A stretch of DNA of 64,000 nt, taken from contig NC_043017.1 in NCBI RefSeq assembly GCF_006345805.1, positions 13,826,001 to 13,890,000 of the forward strand. Direction: 5' to 3'. How positions within the stretch are numbered: the stretch's first letter is position 1; every line of letters starts with the position of its first letter. Under the pieces are notes generated by a model. That model had not been told where the DNA came from and searched no databases. It saw only the letters and a list, made by a program, of their open reading frames with translations. This stretch comes from Octopus sinensis (lineage: Eukaryota). Positions 1 to 11,767 of the stretch are shown here, in pieces. Both the position numbers and the translations under genes were made by a program.

Positions 1-1525
1 GTTACTAGGGTAGGGATAGGGTATGGGATAAGGAGCCATCATCATTCCAAGCCAATAAATAACCACTGAATGATAGGGGAATGTTAAGGTGACAGATCAC
101 TAGTAGGGAAATAAACCACAGAATGGTTAGGGAATAGTTAATTTTAATTGATTGATCAAACCCTGTAATGTTTCTCTTGATTCATTTGATTGATATCCCA
201 GTGATTGATGCTCAACAGTTAGGCAAACAATTATGGCCAGAAGGATACTAATAGTACTGGTATATAATGGTATCTCTTGTACTTTAGTAGAGGATATTTA
301 TAGCAATACTGCAAGTTTTTACTTTAGTGTTTAAATCAGCCATATCTGGCCTAAATATTCTTCTTGTTTTATGTTTAAACCAGCCAGATCTGGTCTCTCA
401 TACATATCCTTCAATGCCATTGTATAATTGCATCATCAAAATCTCAAAGCCATGAGGCAATGCATGATTAAATTCAAAACAATATGATTAAATAAGCATT
501 GCATTTTACTGAGTAATCTGAATGCTAGAGGGTTAAACAGCAGTTGTCTGTTATATGGATGGTTAGATTTCTGTTGGTTTCAGTGATCAAGGATTCAGTT
601 ATTTGATCTACTGAATTACCTGCTCCTGAATTAATGTGTAAGTAGCCAAACATTCCAAAAAACTTGTACTCTTAATGTAATTCTCGAGCAGTGTCAGCAT
701 AATTCAGTGTATGAGTATAACAAGGCAGTGCATTTGAATTACATGTAAAGTTCATTTGATGAGCTTCTGTATGCAATTTCACTCACCAAGATCTTGATTG
801 ACCCAAGGCTCTAGAAAATGACATTTGCTGTAGATGCCACTCAGTGGGATCAAATCCAGGGTTTTGTGGTTGTGAAGTGGACTTTACCATTTGGTCATAT
901 TGCCATACTCATGATAGAAAAGAGAAGCACTTTACTTAGCTAATGGTCAGTCTTCATTAAAAAGCAGACATCCAATCAGTCAAGTCAAACCATGACTGAC
1001 TAGCCATGCCTTCTAAAATGAGAAATCAAAATAATTGGAGGAAAAAACATTGCAGCATTTAAAAAAAATAATTTATTTTCAATGAGTCATAGGAGGAAGG
1101 GCCATGATACTTTCCAGGAATTATGGGATTGGTGAGATGCAATTATTCTCAAACTGGAAGTTTGACCTAAATATATTTAGTATATCCTGATAAAGGCATC
1201 CAAAAACCCAGTGGTGGTGGTGGTTGTGGCGCTAACTCAGTCTGACACCTCTCATTTATGTTCTCAGTTCAAATTCTATTGAGGTTGACTATGACTTATT
1301 TTTGCAGGGTTATAAGAAGGGATGCTTTGTTGCTCATAAAAGTAAAGAGTTCATGTTGAGAGTAGTGAGTATTCTTTACTCCTGCCATGTACAAAGTATC
1401 ACCTCTCCTGCTGGTGCACCACAAAGAAGTGGTTGGTGAGAGAGTGGAATTGACAAAGGTAAACACGGTTTATTAGTCCCCGTATCATCAAGGAATGACA
1501 ACCTGTATAGTGTTACTGGCATAAG

Positions 1526-1919
1526 GTGGAGGCGCAATGGCCCAGTGGTTAGGGCAGCGGACTCGCAGTCATAGGATCGCGGTTTCGATTCCCAGACCAG
1601 GCGTTGTGAGTGTTTATTGAGCGAAAACACCTAAAAAGCTCCACGAGGCTCCGGCAGGGGATGGTGGTGATCCCTGCTGTACTCTTTCACCACAACTTTC
1701 TCTTACTTCCTATTTCTGTTGTACCTGTATTTCAAAGGGCCGGCCTTGTCACTCTCTGTGTCACTCTCTGTGTCACTCTGAATATCCCCGAGAACTACAT
1801 TAAGGGTACACGTGTCTGTGGAGTGCTCAGCCACTTACTCGTTAATTTCACGAGCAGGCTGTTCCGTTGATTCGGATCAACCGGAACCCTCATCGTCGTA
1901 ACCGATGGAGTGCTTCCAC
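1526..1919 (+). mobile_element. tRNA-derived SINE family B, full length
   Basis: A box TGGCCCAGTGG, B-box-like GTTTCGATTCC; TSD TGGCATAAG/TGACATAAG; ends GTGGAGG...CTTCCAC. Confidence 0.9.
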
Positions 1920-2712
1920 TGACATAAGATATATGTGTTTAGTGATCATGAAAGAGAATTCAGCTATGGAAAACAAACTGAAAATGTAGGAGCACCAGTC
2001 TGTGAGAGCAGTGGTTCCCAATAATGGGACTTCCAGGAGTTTGAGGTGTATGGACACCTAGCCACTATTTTCCCCAGGTCTACACTCACCTGGAGTTGTA
2101 GCACCTGTCCAGCCATGGGTTAACTCATATGTAAATCACTGGAAGTGAAGGACTCCTAGTTCTCATTAGAACTTCTTTCAAGGAGAACGTAAACTTGTAT
2201 TAAAAAAAGCAACAAAATAAGCCTTAAATGCAGTTGGTTTCTGATTGTCTTGACCTCTGTTGTGCCCCTAGTTTTATAGCTGATTGCATTGAAAAGTAGA
2301 TTCAGTGCTGTGTAAAACTCCAAGCTCTCAAAAAAAAAAAAAAACCCAATTTATGTGCAGCAACTTAGAATTGCAGAACATTTGCCATTTGCACAGACTT
2401 AATGGGTTTAGGAAGTGGTCTCACTCAGTCACAAGTCAAATTCTCCACATTCGCATGCATGAACGAACATACACACACACACATGAACACAAACAAAAGC
2501 TGTGTGGTTAAGTTTACCTCACAACTGTGGGGTTACAGGTTTGCTTCCACAGCACATTATTTTAGGGGCTGTTTCCTACTGTAGGTTCGGGTCAGTTGTG
2601 GAACCCCATTTTATGTGTCTGTGTGTGTGTGTGTGTGTGTGTGGCAAGGGGACAGCCAAACAAAATAGGTTCCTAAAACAAAAATTCTTTGTGGTATTTA
2701 GTTTTGTGTATG

Positions 2713-2743
<31 letters not shown>

Positions 2744-4382
2744 TGTGTAAATTGTATATTTATATTGTAAATGTATGTGTATACAGATTTACAAGTATGC
2801 TAGTTGTTAACGTATATCATTCAGTGCTCTTATTTTGAAAGTTTTTAACTAAAAGTCTAGTTTTTAGTGTTAGTCTGTAACAGTATCATTCATTCTTTTG
2901 CTACAGGAATGGTGCTGGGACAGCAGCAGCATTCCTGTTATTCTCTTTCCATTGTATTATATATACATGGCTCACATCTATGTAACAACTGGAATATTCT
3001 ACACATTTTACTGTGTGTATGTTTGTTTGTTGATGTAATTTGAGCTCATTTTTCTTATAGTTCTGATGATGTTGCCATTTTTTCCCCCTTTTTTTACTTT
3101 AAAAACTAACACACAGTTTGGCTTTTAGTTATCTTACTGGCTTGTGACAGTTCTGGGATTGTGGTTTTCTCAGCAGTGTGTGTATATATATATGTGTGTG
3201 TGTTTAATTTATGTGTGTGTGTTTAATTTATGTGTGTGTATGCATGATTCTGTGTGTGTATGCATGCGTCAGTCTATGAAAATTGTGGGTCTGTTTCACA
3301 GTGAAGATTGTTTTTATTTTCAATTCTCACTGAGATGTAAAGAAATAAAATAAAATGTTGGTTTCTATTTATGTTTTATCTAATTGGAGATCCTGGTTTT
3401 TATAAAAGTGCTGAAATTGCATGAAAATCAATGTGGCTTGGGTACTTTTAGCAGGAGGGCCTTTAGCAGGAGTATTTTATGAGATTCTGGAAAGAATGTA
3501 GCCAAAGGAATATGTGTGTGTGTGTGTTCTGTGGCAGTTGATTTATAATGTATTTGATATTTAGTTTTTTTAAAATTATATTTACACTCACACACTGTTA
3601 ACTGCCTATTATGTACAGTATGTAGTGTTAACTATAGGTTGCAGTATATAGTGTTAACTGTCTATTACATACACCATGGTGTTAACGTTAGATTATATAC
3701 AGTATATAGTAACTGTGAGTCATTGACTTTATTTTAGGAATATCTCTTAGCTTATGTACGTGTGTATGTATGTACATATGTGTGTGTATAATCATGTGTG
3801 TGTGTGTGTGTGTGTGTGCCAGTAGTATGTCTAATACAACATCCAATGTGCATGCATGTGTAGTTGTATGTATAAAATATCACCATCGCCACCAACAGCA
3901 GCAGGTTGTCAGACATAACATTCAGTGTGTTTGTGTCTGGTGGAATATGACTGGAATGTGTTGTGAAAGTTCTTATTCTTCCATTTTTAAATATAGTCTT
4001 TAAGATTTTCAACTGTCAGTCCACTTTCTGGTAGAGTGACAATCAGTGGAGTATCAAATAAATTGCCTTGTGGTATTTAGTTTTATTTTTTTTTAGTGTC
4101 CTCACTTCAAATCCCTCTTTGATTTACTTCACCTTTTATCCTTCTGGGCCTCAATAAAGTAAGACCAACCGAGTATTGGGGCTTCACTTATTTAATTCTG
4201 CCTTATTCCTGAAATCTGTGGAGTTGTAGAAAATGTCTTGAAAGGGTTTTTAATTGATTATTACTATCAGCTTTCCCTGTCTTCATCTTGAGGTTGGTAA
4301 AATTGTGGTGGCATAGATGAGTCAATTTACCCATTAGCCAGTTATAGTGGAGTGGATGACTCCATCTACCTCCACCCGTACT

Positions 4383-4750
4383 TTCTCTTTTCTCTTTTAC
4401 TTGTTTCAGTCATTTGACTGCGGCCATGCTGGAGCACCGCCTTTAGTCGAGCAAATCGACCCCGGGACTTATTTTTTTTAAGCCTGGTACTTATTCTATC
4501 GGTCTGTTTTGCCGAACCGCTAAGTAACGGGGACGTAAACACACCAGCATCGGTTGTCAAGCAATGCTAGGGGGACAAACACAGACACACAAACATATAC
4601 ACACACATATATATATATATATATACATATATACGACAGGCTTCTTTCAGTTTCCGTCTACCAAAGACACTTGCCCAAGATGCCACGCAGTGGGACTGAA
4701 CCCAGAACCATGTGGTTGGTTAGCAAGCTACTTACCACACAGCCACTCCT
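4383..4750 (-). mobile_element. SINE family A (tRNA head, CORE-like CCTTGGGCAAGT motif, internal TA/TG microsatellite, AAGAGT tail), with internal deletion
   Basis: Matches the many other copies; flanked by a ~288-bp direct duplication. Confidence 0.9.
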
Positions 4751-6491
4751 GTTTTTTTTGTTTTTTTTTTAGTGTCCTTACTTTAAATCCCTCTTTGATT
4801 TACTTCACCTTTTATCCTTCTGGGCCTCAATAAAGTAAGACCAACCGAGTATTGGGCTTCACTTATTTAATTCTGCCTTATTCCTGAAATCTGTGGAGTT
4901 GTAGAAAATGTCTTGAAAGGGTTTTTAATTGATTATTACTATCAGCTTTCCCTATCTTCATCCTGAGGTTGGTAAAATTGTGGTGGCATAGATGAGTCAA
5001 TTTACCCATTAGCCAGTTATAGTGGAGTGGATGACTCCATCTACCTCCACCCGTACTCTGTCCTTTTCATTTATCTTATTCTCACAGTTAGGGTTGTTCT
5101 CCATTCTTGTATGTTGTTCTGTAGTTTATTATTCACTGTTCATGGGTAGGGATGTAGCAGTATGAGGTTGAGAAATCGACTTTATCACTGCATGGTTCCA
5201 GGTTCAATTTCACTGAGTGGGACACTTGGGGGAAGTCCCTCCCTACATTACCTCACATTGACTAAAACTTGGAGTGAAATTTAGTAAGCACTGAAAACTG
5301 TGGAAACCTGTTGTGTGTGTACATTGTTGTCAGTTCAGCTAAATGTGCTCTAGCATGGCCACGACCCTATGGCTGAAGTCAGTGAAATACAAAATGTTAA
5401 AGAATATATTTTTAATTACATATCCTGTTAATTTATGAGTCAAATATGAAGTAGTCACAGATTTGAGACAGAGAGAGCAACTGTCCCATTGATGTATACA
5501 GTCCTGTATCTATTTGTTGCTTGGTTAGTGACCTTTGGATGATCATTAAGTCTAATTGGTAACACAGTTACCCTGTTAAGCAATAGATACAGGTTTCAAT
5601 TCCAGTCATGAACCTGTTGCTCCTCATTTTTCTCAAAGTGTTACTTATGTCTGCAATATCTTAAAATCTTGTTTATTTTAAAATGAAATAGAGATTTCCA
5701 AGAAGCGAGTTGTTAAAATAATTGGAATGTTTATATTAAATGTCTCGGTTAGCAACAACTGTACTTGTGTTGGCCAACTTTCAGACTAATTTCTGCATGG
5801 TTTTCACTTTTACTAGTAGCTCACTCACTGGACTTTTTTCCCCTTTCTTTTTAATGAACTCTATTTAGATTTTTAAACAAAGATTTTGGGAATGTTTTTT
5901 TTTTTTGTTTTATTTTATTATACATATATTTGTAATTGTGTAGGTAGATGTATATATGTAATTACAGGCGCAGGCATGGCTGTGTGGTAAGAACTTTGTT
6001 TCCCAACCACATGGTTCCGGGTTCAGTGCCATTATGTGGCACCATGGGCAAGTGGCTTTTACTATAACCTTGGGCTAACCTAGCCTGTGAGTGAATTTGG
6101 TAGATGAAAACTGAAAGAATCTTGTTGTATATGTGTGTTTGTTCTCCACCACTGTTTGACAACTGGTGTTGAGGTGTTTATCTCCCTGTAACTGAGCAGT
6201 TCAGGAAAAGTGACCAATAGAATAAATACCAGGCCAAAACAAAAATAATAAGTACCAGGGTTGATAAGCCCAACTAAAATTCTTCAAGGCAGTGCCCTTG
6301 TATGGCTGCAATCAAATGACAAGTAAAAGAATAAAAGAATATGTTTGTGTATGTGGGTTGGGTGTTTGGTTCAGAATTCTTAGGATTTGGGTTTGATTCT
6401 TGGGCTGGATGGTATATTATGTCCTTAAGCAAGATACTTCATATCACGTTGTTTCAGTTATCTTGGCTGCACTATTTGGGTGGGTGTTTAA

Positions 6492-6711
6492 CCCTTTTGT
6501 TACCAACCCGGCTGAAACCGGCTCTGGTTCTGAGTACAAATGTCTTGTTTTCATAAGTTTTGAATTAAAATCTTCCATCAAACCTTAGTCACAATTTATG
6601 TTCCTAACACTAGCTTAATGCTGACTAAGTTATTTTACTAAATTCTTTGTTATATTTAAAGTAATTGAAAGAAACACAGAGCATCTCAAAATAAATACAG
6701 TAACGAAAGGG
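6492..6711. mobile_element. piggyBac-type MITE (family 2)
   Basis: TTAA TSD on both sides; TIR CCCTTTTGTTAC / GTAACGAAAGGG. Confidence 0.85.
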
Positions 6712-7079
6712 TTAACCCCTAAAATGGACTGGTGTCCCATTCAAGGGAATGCCTTGTATTTTTGGTTGCTTAACTGTTACTCTAGATACAAGTTTAAGCT
6801 CTGATCTAAAGGAGCTATCGGCGCAAAACTCGACTTTAACTCAAAAGTATTATCATATTTTAGTTTTCTGTTCCATGTTGCTTTGGCTTGTATGAGTTTC
6901 TCCTACAAATTTTTTCATTCACTTAGGGGATGGTTCTTATGGTTGCATGGTAATCCCATCCCTGTGTATGTGCGTGCATGCGCAAGCATGTGCATAATCA
7001 TCATACATCTCTTTCCTCACCTTTGTTTGCATGAGTTGAGTAGGTCTCACCCTCCTGACTCATGCATCCCTCTCTCCCT

Positions 7080-7419
7080 TATATATATATATGTGTATGT
7101 GTGTGTGTGTGTATGTATATGTATGTATGGATGTATATATATATATGTATGTATGTATATTTGTATGTATGTATGTATATGGATGTATGTATGTATATGG
7201 ATGTATATATATATGTATGTATATGTATATATATGTATGTATGTGTATGTATATATATATATGTATGTATGTGTATGTGTGTATATGTGTATGTGTGTAT
7301 ATATGTATGTGTATGTATGTGTGTATATATATGTGTATGTATGTATATATAGGTGTGTATATATAGGTGTGTGTGTATATATATATGTAATTATATATGT
7401 GTATATATATATATATATA
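7080..7419. repeat. Compound (TA)/(TG)/(TATG) microsatellite
   Basis: Direct reading; source of several spurious ORFs. Confidence 0.97.
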
Positions 7420-7650
7420 GAAGATATACTACTAGCCATAGATGAGGTGGATGCAAACTCAACAGCTGATACTGATGGTTTCCCAGCAATCCTCCTCACA
7501 AATAGTGAGCAGTGTTCCACAGGGCACTGTCTTGGGGCCACTGCTTTTCATAGTGGCCCTCTCAGATATGCCCTCAACTGCCTGGATAGCCACCCTTCCT
7601 AGCTCTGCAAACGATATGAAAGTCTCGCAGAAAATAGAGAACCCCAGTGA
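7420..7650 (+). mobile_element. CR1/L2-like LINE reverse transcriptase fragment with internal deletion
   Basis: DGFPAILL joined directly to SSVPQGTVLGPLLF...SAND (degenerate YADD). Confidence 0.75.
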
Positions 7651-7741
7651 TGTTGCACGCCCGCGGACGTTAAACGATGATGATGATATATTTATGTATA
7701 CATGTACATATATGTATATATGTATTTGTGTATATGTCCTA

Positions 7742-9014
7742 GGTTGGCAACTAAGTTCCTGCGGTTTTTTTAAATTTTGGAATATATTGCGTTTTTAAAT
7801 TTTGGAATATATTTTTTTTTTTTGAGAATTCTATTTTTGAATCATTTTGGAATCCATTTTGCTTTTTTTTTCCTAGTTAATTTTTGTTTATTTTCAGATT
7901 ATTAAAATGGTATATCAAGTTAAGGAAAACAAGCATTTTCGACACCTCCTTCTTTTTGCTTTTAATCAAGGTTCTAAAGCTGCAAAAGCTGCTCGCGACA
8001 TTTGTGCTGTGTATGGAGAGGGTACCATAGGTGAAAGAACCGCTCGTGATTGGTATGCCAAGTTTAAAGATGGAAATTTTGACCTCAAGGACGCACTTCA
8101 TTTTGGCCGTTCTGTTGAGTTTGATGAAGAGCAATTAAACCAACTTTTACACGAAAATTCTCGTCAGACGACAAGGAAACTGGCAGAGAAAATGGAATGC
8201 TCCCACACTGCTATAGAGAAGCATCTTCACTTGATGGGAAAGGTTCAGAAGTATGGCGCATAGGTTCCGCATACTTTAAGTGACAACAACAAAAATCGAG
8301 TCACAATCTCCACTGGTTTTCTTGCTGGTCACCACTCAACTCATGGACACAAGCAAGTATTTCTTTACTGAATCGTTACTGGCGACGGAAAATGGTGCCT
8401 GTACATCAATATGAAGCAGCGTAAGGAATGACTTAACTCCGGTAAACAAGCAACACTGTGCGTGAAGCAAGATCTTCATCCACATAAAACGATGGTGTGT
8501 GACTGGGAAGGGATTATCCATTACGAATTGCTTGAACGGAACCAAACGGTCAACACTGAACTCTGTGTTCAACTGATGGAACGACTCAACACGGCTATCC
8601 AAACGAAAAGACCTTATCGGCAGCATGGAGTTCTTCTGCTGCTCAACAATGCCCACCCTCATATCGCCAATACGACCAAGGAAGCCATTCAAACGCATGG
8701 CTGGGAAGTGCTGCCACACTCGCCGTACTCTCTTGATTTGGCACCAACGAATTTCCACCTCTTTCGATCTCTTTCAAATACAATGCACGGAGTTTCATTC
8801 AGTACTGATGCAGAATTGAGAGCTGGTTGGATCAGTTTTTCAAGTCGAAATCAGGTGATTTCGACCAACGAGGTATTGAAAATCTTGTTGAACATTGGGA
8901 AGAAGTTGTAAACAACAAGGGTGAATACATTATTGATTAATTAGTTATTATTTTTTATTAAACCTTTAAAAAAATTTTAATTTAAATAAGCGGCGGGAAC
9001 TTAGTTGCCAACCC
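7742..9014 (+). mobile_element. Full-length (~1.27 kb) defective mariner transposon
   Basis: TIRs GGTTGGCAACTAAGTTCCTGC and GCGGGAACTTAGTTGCCAACC; TA at 7740-7741 and 9015-9016; encloses the transposase remnant. Confidence 0.95.
7907..8940 (+). pseudogene. Mariner (DD34D-type) transposase pseudogene
   Basis: HTH region followed by (W>stop)VPHTL, IVTGDGKW, LLLNNAHPH (cf. LHDNARPH) and HSPYSLDLAPTNFHLF (cf. YSPDLAPxD); stops, frameshifts and catalytic Asp-to-Asn changes. Confidence 0.93.
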
Positions 9015-9801
9015 TATGTATATATGTGTGAGTGTGTGTATATATATATTGTGTGTGTGTGTGTGTTTGTGTGTATGTGTATATATATATATATATCATC
9101 ATCATCGTTTAACGTCCGTTCTCCATGCTAGCATGGGTTGGACGGTTCGACCGGGGATCTGGGAAGCCAGAAGGCTGCACCAGGCTCCAGTCTTATCTAG
9201 CAATGTTTCTACAGCTGGATGCCCTTCCTAATGCCAACCACTCCGTGAGTGTAGTGGGTGCTTTTTATAAAATGTGTAGACATGGCTGTGTGGTAAAAAG
9301 CTTGCTTCTCAACCACATGGTTCCAGGTTCAGTTCACTGTATGGCACCTTAGGAAAGTGTCTGCTGCTATAGCCTGGGGGTGACCAAAACCTTCTGAGTG
9401 GATTTGTTAGACAGAAACTGAAAGAAGCCCCTAGTGTGTGTGTTTGTGTCTGCCTGCATGCATACCCACACATGTGCATCTTTCTGTCTGGGTTTATCCC
9501 TACCACCACTTGGCAACTGATGCCCGTGTGTTTCGTCCCTGTAATCTTGTTCAACAAAAGAAACTGAATGAATATGTATCTGGCTTAAAAAGACAATAAG
9601 TGCTGGGGTTCATTAGTTTGACCGAAATTCCTCAAGGTAATGCCCCCCACATGGTCACACTGTAATGATTGAAACAAGATAAAAGGTACCTATTGTATAT
9701 GTGTATGTACATGGTATCTATGGTTACAAACCTCTTAGATATTACCAATGTATCTTGTCTTCTTTCTTTGACAGCACTCATTATTTGCTTGAAATAGTAG
9801 C

Positions 9802-9848
<47 letters not shown>

Positions 9849-11190
9849 TTTGTATGTGCAAACAAACACAGTGTCAATTAGTTGAAACATGTGAAACCTC
9901 ACTTGCAAGGTTGTTTTTTTTTTTCATATTTGGGTAAACCAAAGACTTAATGAAGAGTCAACATTATTGCCCTTTAGATTATATAAAATAACCCGCCAAT
10001 TGTATTTGTACAGTTCACTTTATTCTTTAACCCCTACAATTTACATCCCCCACTCCTTGGACTGATCTGAGAGATTATGAATTCAAAAATGGTTAAGGGT
10101 GGGGTGCCAAGATGGTAGAGTACTGTACATCTAAGAAGACTGGATCAGTTTTTCTTTTCTTCCTTTTGGGATTGATAAAGTCCCAGTGAAGTACTAGAAG
10201 AAATGGTTGTGGCCAGAAAGTCTTTGATTAGATCTGCTTCATCAGGACTGAGCTACTTAGCGTTAAATAAAAACACTGTACCATGCCAAATGTTGTGACA
10301 GGTCAGGGGTGGGGCAGATATTCAACAAATGCAGGTTGCAATCTGGTTTTTTTTTTTTTTGTTTTTGCCATAAGTGCTTCCCATCCACGCTGCCTTTGGG
10401 CATATTAATAAACTGGTGCACTGGTGCACCTTCACCTTTGCTACATAGCTGCACAGTAGCACCACCATCTGCATGCTGTGCATTCCTGTTAATTCTGCAA
10501 TGCCCCTCCCTCCTCTTCCTCTTACTTGTCAATCAATCACTACAGATATCAGCTTACAGCAGCAGCAGTTTGCTTCACTGATTGACTTAGTATATTCCTC
10601 TGTTTTCACTGTATCTCCTCTTCTTCTTCCTCTTTCTCTCAGCTACTTGGATGTTTTACTAAGAATGTTGTACTAATGCTTCATTGTATGTATATATGTA
10701 TGTATACACACACACACACACACACACTTTCACTACTCTGATCATGTTTTACTTACATTTTACTAACAGTCTATCAATGTTGTACTAAGGTTGTTGTTGT
10801 TTTTTTTGTCTTTTTGTATGACTGTTTCCTTCCAGTATCTTCATTATTCTACATTCTTTCACTCTCTTCTCTCATTCTAGGATGTATATGTGTATTGCTT
10901 TTTCTCTTTTGTTACTTCTCTCTCTCTCTCTCTCTCTCTCTAGTGGTCTATCTCTTTCTCTAAGTACTGATCAGTCAACATGCTAAAAATAATATCCAAA
11001 TCTCACTCTAACCACACACTACTTAGAGAAAGACTGTTAGATTATTCAGTCGAGATAGACGATGGAAGAAGAAGAACAATAAATAGAGAACATCTTTGAT
11101 CATGGGTTTGCTGTTTAGTGGCTGACTCAGGGTTAAACTCCTGGTCTCATCAGTTCTATTAGTGTAATAAAACTCAATGTAGATTATGTA

Positions 11191-11767
11191 CAAGAGGGTG
11201 CTGAAAAGTTCCTGGCTTTAAGGGTGTCACAAAAGGCTTTGTTAGGGGCCCAACCTTCCAAGTTCTTTTACAGGGCTTGGAAAAGCTGAAGGACCACTGT
11301 AATGTGTGAATTTGAGAGGAGAATATGTGGCTGTGTGGTAAGTAGCTTGCTAACCAACTACATGGTTCTGGGTTCAGTCCCACTGCGTGGCATCTTGGGC
11401 AAGTGTCTTCTGCTATAGCCCCGGGCCGACCAATGCCTTGTGAGTGGATTTGGTAGACGGAAACTGAAAGAAGCCTGTCGTATATATGTATATATATATA
11501 TGTGTGTGTGTATGTGTTTGTCCTCCTAGCATTGCTTGACAACCGATGCTGGTGTGTTTACGTCCCCGTCACTTAGCGGTTCGGCGAAAGAGACCGATAG
11601 AATAAGTACTGGGCTTACAAAGAATAAGTTCTGGGGTCGATTTGCTCGACTAAAGGCGGTGCTCCAGCATGGCCGCAGTCAAATGACTGAAACAAGTAAA
11701 ATCGTAATTAACTGATCCTCTTGTATGTTCTTTAACCCCAAACCAGGAACTTTTCAGTACTCTCTCG
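11191..11767. mobile_element. Mariner-type MITE interrupted by a SINE
   Basis: TA flanks; TIR CAAGAGGGTGCTGAAAAGTTCCTGG / CCAGGAACTTTTCAGTACTCTCTCG; an uninterrupted relative lies at ~34970-35186. Confidence 0.88.
11327..11700 (+). mobile_element. SINE family A inside the mariner MITE
   Basis: A box TGGCTGTGTGG, B box GGTTCAGTCCC; family body and tail. Confidence 0.9.

Noticed and set aside
1308-1364. 57-nt open segment between ttttgcag and gtgagt, a possible first GRB2-like exon
   Set aside because: GYKKGCFVAHKSKEFMLRV has no SH3 features, and the acceptor lies in a degenerate SINE-E core.
1526-1600. tRNA-like sequences with A and B boxes
   Set aside because: They are SINE heads continuing into repeat bodies with TSDs and have no proper acceptor stem; not tRNA genes.
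4366-4833. Recurrent ORFs such as MSSNARGTNT... and ...CHAVGLNPEPCGW found many times in the ORF track
   Set aside because: They are reading frames of SINE family A, not a gene family.
6883-7602. 239-aa ORF and overlapping YIY/VCV/HTH-rich ORFs (also at 45.9-46.3 kb and 60.6-61.3 kb)
   Set aside because: These are translations of dinucleotide microsatellites, which lack stop codons.
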